From assembly GCA_964016885.1 (NCBI GenBank), contig OZ024743.1:50964001-51028000 (forward strand): a stretch of 64,000 nucleotides of DNA, written 5' to 3'. The position numbers and the translations under genes were made by a program. How positions within the stretch are numbered: the first letter of the stretch is position 1; the number at the start of each line of letters is the position of its first letter. Below the pieces are notes generated by a model that did no database searches, had not been told where the DNA came from, and worked only from the letters and a program-made list of their open reading frames with translations. Origin of the DNA: Eledone cirrhosa (lineage: Eukaryota). Shown piece by piece: positions 44,901 through 56,900 of the stretch.

Positions 44901-47900
44901 GGGGTGTCTGTGGTAGTGTTTCGGGTGTCTGTGGTAGTGTTTGGGGTGGTTGTGGTAGTGTTTGGGGTTGTTGTGGTAGTGTTTGGGGTGGTTGTGGTAG
45001 TGTTTGGGGTGTCTGTGGTAGTGTTTGGGGTGGTTGTGGTAGTGTTAGGTGTGGTTGTGCTAGTGTTTGGGGTGGTTGTGGTACTGTTTGGGGTGGTTGT
45101 AGTGTTTTGGATGGTTGTGGTTGTGGTAGTGTTTGGGGAGGTTGTGGTAGTGTTTGGGCTGTATGTGGTAGTGTTTGGGGTGTCTGTGGTAGTGTTTGGG
45201 GTGGTTGTGGTAGTGTTTGGGGTGGTTGTGGTACTGTTTGGGGTGGTTGTGGTAGTGTTTGGGGTGGTTGTGGTAGTGTTTGGGGTTGTTGGGGTGGTTG
45301 TGGTAGTGTTTGTGGTGGTTGTGGTACTGTTTGGGGTGGTTGTGGTAGTATTTGGGACGGTTGTGGTAGTGTTTGGGGTGTCAGGTGGTGTTTGGGGTGT
45401 CTGTGGTAGAATTTCGGGTGGTTGTGGTAGTGTTTGGGATGTTAGGTAGTGTTTGGGGTGTCTGTGGTAGAGTTTCGGGTGGTTGTGGTAGTGTTTACGG
45501 TGTCTGTGGTAGTGTTTGGGGTGGTTGTGGTAGTGTTTGGGGTGGTTGTGGTAGTGTTTATGGTGGTTGTGGTAGTGTTTATGGTGGTTGTGGTAGTGTT
45601 TGGGGTGGTTGTGGTAGTGTTTGGGGTGTCTGTGGTAGTGTTTGGGGTGTCTGGTGGTGTTTGGGGTGGTTGTGGTAGTGTTTGGGGTGGTTGTGGTAGT
45701 GTTTGAGGTGGTTGTGGTACTGTTTGGGGTGGTTGTGGTAGTGTTTGGGGTGGTTGTGGTAGTGTTTGGGGTTGTTGTGGTAGTGTTTGGGGTTGTTGTG
45801 GTAGTGTTTGGGGTGGTTGTGGTACTGTTTGGGGTGGTTGTGGTAGTATTTGGGACGGTTGTGGTAGTGTTTGGGGTGTCTGTGGTAGAGTTTCGGGTGG
45901 TTGTGGTAGTGTTTGGGATGTTAGGTAGTGTTTGGGGTGTCTGTGGTAGAGTTTTGGGTGGTTGTGGTAGTGTTTGGGGTGGTTGTGGTAGTGTTTACGG
46001 TGTCTGGGGTAGTGTTTGGGGTGGTTGTGGTAGTGTTTATGGTGGTTGTGGTAGTGTTTGAGGTGGTTGTGGTAGAGTTTGGGGTGTCTGTGGTAGTGTT
46101 TGGGGTGGTTGTTGTAGTGTTTGGGGTGGTTGTTGTAGTGTTTGGGGTGTCTGTGGTAGTGTTTGGGGGTGTCTGTGGTAGTGTTTGGGGTGTCTGTTGT
46201 GGTAGTGTTTGGGGTGTCTGTGGTAGTATTTGGGGTATATGTGGTAGTGTTTGGGGTGTCTGTGGTAGAGTTTGGGGTGTCTGTGTTAGTGTTTTGGGTG
46301 TCTGTGGTAGTGTTTGGGGTGTCTGTGGTAGTGTTTGGGGTGTCTGTGGTAGTGTTTGGGGTGGTTGTGGTAGAGTTTGGGGTGTCTGTGGTAGTGTTTG
46401 GGGTGGTTGTTGTAGTGTTTGGGGTGGTTGTTGTAGTGTTTGGGGTGGTTGTGGTAGTGTTTGGGGTGTCTGTGGTAGTGTTTGGGGTGGTTGTGGTAGA
46501 GTTTGGGGTGTCTGTGGTAGTGTTTGGGGTGGTTGTTGTAGTGTTTGGGGTGGTTGTGGTAGTGTTTGTGGTGGTTGTGGTAGTATTTGGGGTGTCTGTA
46601 GTAGTGTTTGGGGTGGTTGTGGTAGTGTTAGGGGTGGTTGTGCTAGTGTTTGGGGTGGTTGTGGTAGTGTTAGGGGTGGTTGTGGTACTGTTTGGGGTGG
46701 TTGTGGTAGTGTTTGGGGTGTCTCTGGTAGTGTTTGGGGTGTCTGTGGTAGTGTTTGGGGTGGTTGTGGTAGTATTTGGGGTGGTTGTGGTAGTGTTTGG
46801 GGTGTCTGTAGTAGTGTTTGGGGTGTCTGTGTTAGTGTTTGGGGTGGTTGTGGTAGTGTTTGGGGTGTCTGTGGTAGTGTTTGGGGTGGTTGTGGTAGTG
46901 TTTGGGGTGGTTGTGGTAGTGTTTGGGGTGGTTGTGGTACTGTTTGGGGTGTCTGTGGTAGTGTTTGGGGTGGTTGTGGTAGTGTTTGGGGTGGTTGTGC
47001 TAGTGTTTGGGGTGGTTGTGGTGTTTGGGATGGTTGTGGTTGTGGTAGTGTTTGGGGAGGTTGTGGTAGTGTTTGGGCTGTATGTGGTAGTGTTTGGGGT
47101 GGTTGTGGTAGTGTTTGAGGTGGTTGTGGTACTGTTTGGGGTGGTTGTGGTAGTGTTTGGGGTGGTTGTGGTAGTGTTTGGGGTTGTTGTGGTAGTGTTT
47201 GGGGTTGTTGTGGTAGTGTTTGGGGTGGTTGTGGTACTGTTTGGGGTGGTTGTGGTAGTATTTGGGACGGTTGTGGTAGTGTTTGGGGTGTCAGGTGGTG
47301 TTTGGGGTGTCTGTGGTAGAGTTTCGGGTGGTTGTGGTAGTGTTTGGGATGTTAGGTAGTGTTTGGGGTGTCTGTGGTAGAGTTTCGGGTGGTTGTGGTA
47401 GTGTTTACGGTGTCTGGGGTAGTGTTTGGGGTGGTTGTGGTAGTGTTTATGGTGGTTGTGGTAGTGTTTGAGGTGGTTGTGGTAGAGTTTGGGGTGTCTG
47501 TGGTAGTGTTTGGGGTGGTTGTTGTAGTGTTTGGGGTGGTTGTTGTAGTGTTTGGGGTGTCTGTGGTAGTGTTTGGGGGTGTCTGTGGTAGTGTTTGGGG
47601 TGTCTGTTGTGGTAGTGTTTGGGGTGTCTGTGGTAGTATTTGGGGTATATGTGGTAGTGTTTGGGGTGTCTGTGGTAGAGTTTGGGGTGTCTGTGTTAGT
47701 GTTTTGGGTGTCTGTGGTAGTGTTTGGGGTGTCTGTGGTAGTGTTTGGGGTGTCTGTGGTAGTGTTTGGGGTGGTTGTGGTAGAGTTTGGGGTGTCTGTG
47801 GTAGTGTTTGGGGTGGTTGTTGTAGTGTTTGGGGTGGTTGTTGTAGTGTTTGGGGTGGTTGTGGTAGTGTTTGGGGTGTCTGTGGTAGAGTTTGGGGTGT

Positions 47901-50900
47901 CTGTGGTAGTGTTTGGGGTGGTTGTTGTAGTGTTTGGTGTGGTTGTGGTAGTGTTTGTGGTGGTTGTGGTAGTATTTGGGGTGTCTGTAGTAGTGTTTGG
48001 GGTGGTTGTGGTAGTGTTAGGGGTGGTTGTGCTAGTGTTTGGGGTGGTTGTGGTAGTGTTAGGGGTGGTTGTGGTACTGTTTGGGGTGGTTGTGGTAGTG
48101 TTTGGGGTGTCTCTGGTAGTGTTTGGGGTGTCTGTGGTAGTGTTTGGGGTGGTTGTGGTAGTATTTGGGGTGGTTGTGGTAGTGTTTGGGGTGTCTGTAG
48201 TAGTGTTTGGGGTGTCTGTGTTAGTGTTTGGGGTGGTTGTGGTAGTGTTTGGGGTGTCTGTGGTAGTGTTTGGGGTGGTTGTGGTAGTGTTTGGGGTGGT
48301 TGTGGTAGTGTTTGGGGTGGTTGTGGTACTGTTTGGGGTGTCTGAGGTAGTGTTTGGGGTGTCTGTGGTGGTTGTGGTAGTGTTTGGGGTGGGTGTGGTA
48401 GTGTTTATGGTGGTTGTGGTAGTGTTTGGGGTGGTTGTGGTAGTGTTTGGGGTGTCTGTGGTAGTGTTTGGGGTGTCTGTGGTGGTGTTTGGGGTGGTTG
48501 TGGTAGTGTTTGGGGTGGGTGTGGTAGTGTTTATGGTGGTTGTGGTAGTGTTTGGGGTGTCTGTGGTAGTGTTTGGGGAGGTTGTGGTAGTGTTTGGGGT
48601 GTTTGGGGTAGCTGAGGTAGTGTTTGGGGTGGTTGTGGTAGTATTTGGGGTGTCTGTGGTAGTGTTTGGGGTGTCTGTGGTAGTCTTTGGGGTGTCTGTG
48701 GTAGTGTTTGGGGTGTCTGTGGTCGTGTTTGGGGTGGTTGTGGTAGTGTTTGGTGTGGTAGTGGTAGTGTTTGGGGTGTCTGTGGTAGTGTTTGGGGTGT
48801 CTGTGGTAGTGTTTAGGTTGGTTGTGGTAGAGTTTGGGGTGGTTGTGGTAGTGTTTGGGGTGGTAGTGGTAGTGTTTGGGGTGTCTGTGGTAGTGTTTAG
48901 GTTGGTTGTGGTAGAGTTTGGGGTGGTTGTGGTAGTGTTTGGGGTGGTTGTGGTTGTTTACGGTGGTTGTGGTAGTGTTTGGGGTGTCTGTAGTAGTGTT
49001 TGGGGTGTCTGTATTAGTGTTTGGGGTGGTTGTGGTAGTGTTTGGGGTGTCTGTGGTAGTGTTTGGGGTGGTTGTGGTAGTATTTGGGGTGTCTGTGGTA
49101 GTGTTTCGGGTGTCTGTGGTAGTGTTTGGGGTGGTTGTGGTAGTGTTTGGGGTTGTTGTGGTAGTGTTTGGGGTGGTTGTGGTAGTGTTTGGGGTGTCTG
49201 TGGTAGTGTTTGGGGTGGTTGTGGTACTGTTTGGGGTGGTTGTGGTAGTGTTAGGTGTGGTTGTGCTAGTGTTTGGGGTGGTTGTGGTACTGTTTGGGGT
49301 GGTTGTAGTGTTTTGGATGGTTGTGGTTGTGGTAGTGTTTGGGGAGGTTGTGGTAGTGTTTGGGCTGTATGTGGTAGTGTTTGGGGTGTCTGTGGTAGTG
49401 TTTGGGGTGGTTGTGGTAGTGTTTGGGGTGGTTGTGGTACTGTTTGGGGTGGTTGTGGTAGTGTTTGGGGTGGTTGTGGTAGTGTTTGGGGTTGTTGGGG
49501 TGGTTGTGGTAGTGTTTGTGGTGGTTGTGGTACTGTTTGGGGTGGTTGTGGTAGTATTTGGGACGGTTGTGGTAGTGTTTGGGGTGTCAGGTGGTGTTTG
49601 GGGTGTCTGTGGTAGAATTTCGGGTGGTTGTGGTAGTGTTTGGGATGTTAGGTAGTGTTTGGGGTGTCTGTGGTAGAGTTTCGGGTGGTTGTGGTAGTGT
49701 TTACGGTGTCTGTGGTAGTGTTTGGGGTGGTTGTGGTAGTGTTTGGGGTGGTTGTGGTAGTGTTTATGGTGGTTGTGGTAGTGTTTATGGTGGTTGTGGT
49801 AGTGTTTGGGGTGGTTGTGGTAGTGTTTGGGGTGTCTGTGGTAGTGTTTGGGGTGTCTGGTGGTGTTTGGGGTGGTTGTGGTAGTGTTTGGGTTGGTTGT
49901 GGTAGTGTTTGAGGTGGTTGTGGTACTGTTTGGGGTGGTTGTGGTAGTGTTTGGGGTGGTTGTGGTAGTGTTTGGGGTTGTTGTGGTAGTGTTTGGGGTT
50001 GTTGTGGTAGTGTTTGGGGTGGTTGTGGTACTGTTTGGGGTGGTTGTGGTAGTATTTGGGACGGTTGTGGTAGTGTTTGGGGTGTCTGTGGTAGAGTTTC
50101 GGGTGGTTGTGGTAGTGTTTGGGATGTTAGGTAGTGTTTGGGGTGTCTGTGGTAGAGTTTTGGGTGGTTGTGGTAGTGTTTGGGGTGGTTGTGGTAGTGT
50201 TTACGGTGTCTGGGGTAGTGTTTGGGGTGGTTGTGGTAGTGTTTATGGTGGTTGTGGTAGTGTTTGAGGTGGTTGTGGTAGAGTTTGGGGTGTCTGTGGT
50301 AGTGTTTGGGGTGGTTGTTGTAGTGTTTGGGGTGGTTGTTGTAGTGTTTGGGGTGTCTGTGGTAGTGTTTGGGGGTGTCTGTGGTAGTGTTTGGGGTGTC
50401 TGTTGTGGTAGTGTTTGGGGTGTCTGTGGTAGTATTTGGGGTATATGTGGTAGTGTTTGGGGTGTCTGTGGTAGAGTTTGGGGTGTCTGTGTTAGTGTTT
50501 TGGGTGTCTGTGGTAGTGTTTGGGGTGTCTGTGGTAGTGTTTGGGGTGTCTGTGGTAGTGTTTGGGGTGGTTGTGTTAGAGTTTGGGGTGTCTGTGGTAG
50601 TGTTTGGGGTGGTTGTTGTAGTGTTTGGGGTGGTTGTTGTAGTGTTTGGGGTGGTTGTGGTAGTGTTTGGGGTGTCTGTGGTAGTGTTTGGGGTGGTTGT
50701 GGTAGAGTTTGGGGTGTCTGTGGTAGTGTTTGGGGTGGTTGTTGTAGTGTTTGGGGTGGTTGTGGTAGTGTTTGTGGTGGTTGTGGTAGTATTTGGGGTG
50801 TCTGTAGTAGTGTTTGGGGTGGTTGTGGTAGTGTTAGGGGTGGTTGTGCTAGTGTTTGGGGTGGTTGTGGTAGTGTTAGGGGTGGTTGTGGTACTGTTTG

Positions 50901-53900
50901 GGGTGGTTGTGGTATTGTTGGGGTGTCTCTGGTAGTGTTTGGGGTGTCTGTGGTAGTGTTTGGGGTGGTTGTGGTAGTATTTGGGGTGGTTGTGGTAGTG
51001 TTTGGGGTGTCTGTAGTAGTGTTTGGGGTGTCTGTGTTAGTGTTTGGGGTGGTTGTGGTAGTGTTTGGGGTGTCTGTGGTAGTGTTTGGGGTGGTTGTGG
51101 TAGTGTTTGGGGTGGTTGTGGTAGTGTTTGGGGTGGTTGTGGTACTGTTTGGGGTGTCTGTGGTAGTGTTTGGGGTGGTTGTGGTAGTGTTTGGGGTGGT
51201 TGTGCTAGTGTTTGGGGTGGTTGTGGTGTTTGGGATGGTTGTGGTTGTGGTAGTGTTTGGGGAGGTTGTGGTAGTGTTTGGGCTGTATGTGGTAGTGTTT
51301 GGGGTGTCTGGTGGTGTTTGGGGTGGTTGTGGTAGTGTTTGGGGTGGTTGTGGTAGTGTTTGAGGTGGTTGTGGTACTGTTTGGGGTGGTTGTGGTAGTG
51401 TTTGGGGTGGTTGTGGTAGTGTTTGGGGTTGTTGTGGTAGTGTTTGGGGTTGTTGTGGTAGTGTTTGGGGTGGTTGTGGTACTGTTTGGGGTGGTTGTGG
51501 TAGTATTTGGGACGGTTGTGGTAGTGTTTGGGGTGTCAGGTGGTGTTTGGGGTGTCTGTGGTAGAGTTTCGGGTGGTTGTGGTAGTGTTTGGGATGTTAG
51601 GTAGTGTTTGGGGTGTCTGTGGTAGAGTTTCGGGTGGTTGTGGTAGTGTTTACGGTGTCTGGGGTAGTGTTTGGGGTGGTTGTGGTAGTGTTTATGGTGG
51701 TTGTGGTAGTGTTTGAGGTGGTTGTGGTAGAGTTTGGGGTGTCTGTGGTAGTGTTTGGGGTGGTTGTTGTAGTGTTTGGGGTGGTTGTTGTAGTGTTTGG
51801 GGTGTCTGTGGTAGTGTTTGGGGGTGTCTGTGGTAGTGTTTGGGGTGTCTGTTGTGGTAGTGTTTGGGGTGTCTGTGGTAGTATTTGGGGTATATGTGGT
51901 AGTGTTTGGGGTGTCTGTGGTAGAGTTTGGGGTGTCTGTGTTAGTGTTTTGGGTGTCTGTGGTAGTGTTTGGGGTGTCTGTGGTAGTGTTTGGGGTGTCT
52001 GTGGTAGTGTTTGGGGTGGTTGTGGTAGAGTTTGGGGTGTCTGTGGTAGTGTTTGGGGTGGTTGTTGTAGTGTTTGGGGTGGTTGTTGTAGTGTTTGGGG
52101 TGGTTGTGGTAGTGTTTGGGGTGTCTGTGGTAGAGTTTGGGGTGTCTGTGGTAGTGTTTGGGGTGTCTGTGGTAGTGTTTGGGGTGGTTGTGGTAGAGTT
52201 TGGGGTGTCTGTGGTAGTGTTTGGGGTGGTTGTTGTAGTGTTTGGGGTGGTTGTTGTAGTGTTTGGGGTGGTTGTGGTAGTGTTTGGGGTGTCTGTGGTA
52301 GAGTTTGGGGTGTCTGTGGTAGTGTTTGGGGTGGTTGTTGTAGTGTTTGGTGTGGTTGTGGTAGTGTTTGTGGTGGTTGTGGTAGTATTTGGGGTGTCTG
52401 TAGTAGTGTTTGGGGTGGTTGTGGTAGTGTTAGGGGTGGTTGTGCTAGTGTTTGGGGTGGTTGTGGTAGTGTTAGGGGTGGTTGTGGTACTGTTTGGGGT
52501 GGTTGTGGTAGTGTTTGGGGTGTCTCTGGTAGTGTTTGGGGTGTCTGTGGTAGTGTTTGGGGTGGTTGTGGTAGTATTTGGGGTGGTTGTGGTAGTGTTT
52601 GGGGTGTCTGTAGTAGTGTTTGGGGTGTCTGTGTTAGTGTTTGGGGTGGTTGTGGTAGTGTTTGGGGTGTCTGTGGTAGTGTTTGGGGTGGTTGTGGTAG
52701 TGTTTGGGGTGGTTGTGGTAGTGTTTGGGGTGGTTGTGGTACTGTTTGGGGTGTCTGTGGTAGTGTTTGGGGTGGTTGTGGTAGTATTTGGGGTGGTTGT
52801 GGTAGTGTTTGGGGTGGTTGTGGTAGTGTTTGGGGTGTCTGGTAGTGTTTGGGGTGGTTGTGGTAGTGTTTGGGGTGTCTGGTAGTGTTTGGGGTGTCTG
52901 GTAGTGTTTGGGATGTCTGTGGTAGAGTTTCGGGTGTCTGTGGTAGTGTTTGGGGTGTCTGTGGTAGTGTTTGGGGTGGTTGTGGTAGTGTTTACGGTGG
53001 TTCTGGTAGTGTTTGGGGTGGTTGTGGTAGTGTTTGGGGTGTCTGTGGTAGTGTTTGGGGTGTCTGTGGTGGTTGTGGTAGTGTTTGGGGTGGGTGTGGT
53101 AGTGTTTATGGTGGTTGTGGTAGTGTTTGGGGTGGTTGTGGTAGTGTTTGGGGTGTCTGTGGTAGTGTTTGGGGTGTCTGTGGTGGTTGTGGTAGTGTTT
53201 GGGATGGGTGTGGTAGTGTTTATGGTGGGTGTGGTAGTGTTTGGGGTGTCTGTGGTAGTGTTTGGGGAGGTTGTGGTAGTGTTTGGGGTGGTTGTGGTAG
53301 TGTTTACGGTGTCTGGGGTAGTGTTTGGGGTGGTTGTGGTAGTGTTTATGGTGGTTGTGGTAGTGTTTGAGGTGGTTGTGGTAGAGTTTGGGGTGTCTGT
53401 GGTAGTGTTTGGGGTGGTTGTTGTAGTGTTTGGGGTGGTTGTTGTAGTGTTTGGGGTGTCTGTGGTAGTGTTTGGGGGTGTCTGTGGTAGTGTTTGGGGT
53501 GTCTGTTGTGGTAGTGTTTGGGGTGTCTGTGGTAGTATTTGGGGTATATGTGGTAGTGTTTGGGGTGTCTGTGGTAGAGTTTGGGGTGTCTGTGTTAGTG
53601 TTTTGGGTGTCTGTGGTAGTGTTTGGGGTGTCTGTGGTAGTGTTTGGGGTGTCTGTGGTAGTGTTTGGGGTGGTTGTGGTAGAGTTTGGGGTGTCTGTGG
53701 TAGTGTTTGGGGTGGTTGTTGTAGTGTTTGGGGTGGTTGTTGTAGTGTTTGGGGTGGTTGTGGTAGTGTTTGGGGTGTCTGTGGTAGAGTTTGGGGTGTC
53801 TGTGGTAGTGTTTGGGGTGGTTGTTGTAGTGTTTGGTGTGGTTGTGGTAGTGTTTGTGGTGGTTGTGGTAGTATTTGGGGTGTCTGTAGTAGTGTTTGGG

Positions 53901-56900
53901 GTGGTTGTGGTAGTGTTAGGGGTGGTTGTGCTAGTGTTTGGGGTGGTTGTGGTAGTGTTAGGGGTGGTTGTGGTACTGTTTGGGGTGGTTGTGGTAGTGT
54001 TTGGGGTGTCTCTGGTAGTGTTTGGGGTGTCTGTGGTAGTGTTTGGGGTGGTTGTGGTAGTATTTGGGGTGGTTGTGGTAGTGTTTGGGGTGTCTGTAGT
54101 AGTGTTTGGGGTGTCTGTGTTAGTGTTTGGGGTGGTTGTGGTAGTGTTTGGGGTGTCTGTGGTAGTGTTTGGGGTGGTTGTGGTAGTGTTTGGGGTGGTT
54201 GTGGTAGTGTTTGGGGTGGTTGTGGTACTGTTTGGGGTGTCTGTGGTAGTGTTTGGGGTGTCTGTGGTGGTTGTGGTAGTGTTTGGGGTGGGTGTGGTAG
54301 TGTTTATGGTGGTTGTGGTAGTGTTTGGGGTGGTTGTGGTAGTGTTTGGGGTGTCTGTGGTAGTGTTTGGGGTGTCTGTGGTGGTGTTTGGGGTGGTTGT
54401 GGTAGTGTTTGGGGTGGGTGTGGTAGTGTTTATGGTGGTTGTGGTAGTGTTTGGGGTGTCTGTGGTAGTGTTTGGGGAGGTTGTGGTAGTGTTTGGGGTG
54501 TTTGGGGTAGCTGAGGTAGTGTTTGGGGTGGTTGTGGTAGTATTTGGGGTGTCTGTGGTAGTGTTTGGGGTGTCTGTGGTAGTCTTTGGGGTGTCTGTGG
54601 TAGTGTTTGGGGTGTCTGTGGTCGTGTTTGGGGTGGTTGTGGTAGTGTTTGGTGTGGTAGTGGTAGTGTTTGGGGTGTCTGTGGTAGTGTTTGGGGTGTC
54701 TGTGGTAGTGTTTAGGTTGGTTGTGGTAGAGTTTGGGGTGGTTGTGGTAGTGTTTGGGGTGGTAGTGGTAGTGTTTAGGTTGGTTGTGGTAGAGTTTGGG
54801 GTGGTTGTGGTAGTGTTTGGGGTGGTTGTGGTTGTTTACGGTGGTTGTGGTAGTGTTTGGGGTGTCTGTAGTAGTGTTTGGGGTGTCTGTATTAGTGTTT
54901 GGGGTGGTTGTGGTAGTGTTTGGGGTGTCTGTGGTAGTGTTTGGGGTGGTTGTGGTAGTATTTGGGGTGTCTGTGGTAGTGTTTCGGGTGTCTGTGGTAG
55001 TGTTTGGGGTGGTTGTGGTAGTGTTTGGGGTTGTTGTGGTAGTGTTTGGGGTGGTTGTGGTAGTGTTTGGGGTGTCTGTGGTAGTGTTTGGGGTGGTTGT
55101 GGTACTGTTTGGGGTGGTTGTGGTAGTGTTAGGTGTGGTTGTGCTAGTGTTTGGGGTGGTTGTGGTACTGTTTGGGGTGGTTGTAGTGTTTTGGATGGTT
55201 GTGGTTGTGGTAGTGTTTGGGGAGGTTGTGGTAGTGTTTGGGCTGTATGTGGTAGTGTTTGGGGTGTCTGTGGTAGTGTTTGGGGTGGTTGTGGTAGTGT
55301 TTGGGGTGGTTGTGGTACTGTTTGGGGTGGTTGTGGTAGTGTTTGGGGTGGTTGTGGTAGTGTTTGGGGTTGTTGGGGTGGTTGTGGTAGTGTTTGTGGT
55401 GGTTGTGGTACTGTTTGGGGTGGTTGTGGTAGTATTTGGGACGGTTGTGGTAGTGTTTGGGGTGTCAGGTGGTGTTTGGGGTGTCTGTGGTAGAATTTCG
55501 GGTGGTTGTGGTAGTGTTTGGGATGTTAGGTAGTGTTTGGGGTGTCTGTGGTAGAGTTTCGGGTGGTTGTGGTAGTGTTTACGGTGTCTGTGGTAGTGTT
55601 TGGGGTGGTTGTGGTAGTGTTTGGGGTGGTTGTGGTAGTGTTTATGGTGGTTGTGGTAGTGTTTATGGTGGTTGTGGTAGTGTTTGGGGTGGTTGTGGTA
55701 GTGTTTGGGGTGTCTGTGGTAGTGTTTGGGGTGTCTGGTGGTGTTTGGGGTGGTTGTGGTAGTGTTTGGGTTGGTTGTGGTAGTGTTTGAGGTGGTTGTG
55801 GTACTGTTTGGGGTGGTTGTGGTAGTGTTTGGGGTGGTTGTGGTAGTGTTTGGGGTTGTTGTGGTAGTGTTTGGGGTTGTTGTGGTAGTGTTTGGGGTGG
55901 TTGTGGTACTGTTTGGGGTGGTTGTGGTAGTATTTGGGACGGTTGTGGTAGTGTTTGGGGTGTCTGTGGTAGAGTTTCGGGTGGTTGTGGTAGTGTTTGG
56001 GATGTTAGGTAGTGTTTGGGGTGTCTGTGGTAGAGTTTTGGGTGGTTGTGGTAGTGTTTGGGGTGGTTGTGGTAGTGTTTACGGTGTCTGGGGTAGTGTT
56101 TGGGGTGGTTGTGGTAGTGTTTATGGTGGTTGTGGTAGTGTTTGAGGTGGTTGTGGTAGAGTTTGGGGTGTCTGTGGTAGTGTTTGGGGTGGTTGTTGTA
56201 GTGTTTGGGGTGGTTGTTGTAGTGTTTGGGGTGTCTGTGGTAGTGTTTGGGGGTGTCTGTGGTAGTGTTTGGGGTGTCTGTTGTGGTAGTGTTTGGGGTG
56301 TCTGTGGTAGTATTTGGGGTATATGTGGTAGTGTTTGGGGTGTCTGTGGTAGAGTTTGGGGTGTCTGTGTTAGTGTTTTGGGTGTCTGTGGTAGTGTTTG
56401 GGGTGTCTGTGGTAGTGTTTGGGGTGTCTGTGGTAGTGTTTGGGGTGGTTGTGGTAGAGTTTGGGGTGTCTGTGGTAGTGTTTGGGGTGGTTGTTGTAGT
56501 GTTTGGGGTGGTTGTTGTAGTGTTTGGGGTGGTTGTGGTAGTGTTTGGGGTGTCTGTGGTAGTGTTTGGGGTGGTTGTGGTAGAGTTTGGGGTGTCTGTG
56601 GTAGTGTTTGGGGTGGTTGTTGTAGTGTTTGGGGTGGTTGTGGTAGTGTTTGTGGTGGTTGTGGTAGTATTTGGGGTGTCTGTAGTAGTGTTTGGGGTGG
56701 TTGTGGTAGTGTTAGGGGTGGTTGTGCTAGTGTTTGGGGTGGTTGTGGTAGTGTTAGGGGTGGTTGTGGTACTGTTTGGGGTGGTTGTGGTATTGTTGGG
56801 GTGTCTCTGGTAGTGTTTGGGGTGTCTGTGGTAGTGTTTGGGGTGGTTGTGGTAGTATTTGGGGTGGTTGTGGTAGTGTTTGGGGTGTCTGTAGTAGTGT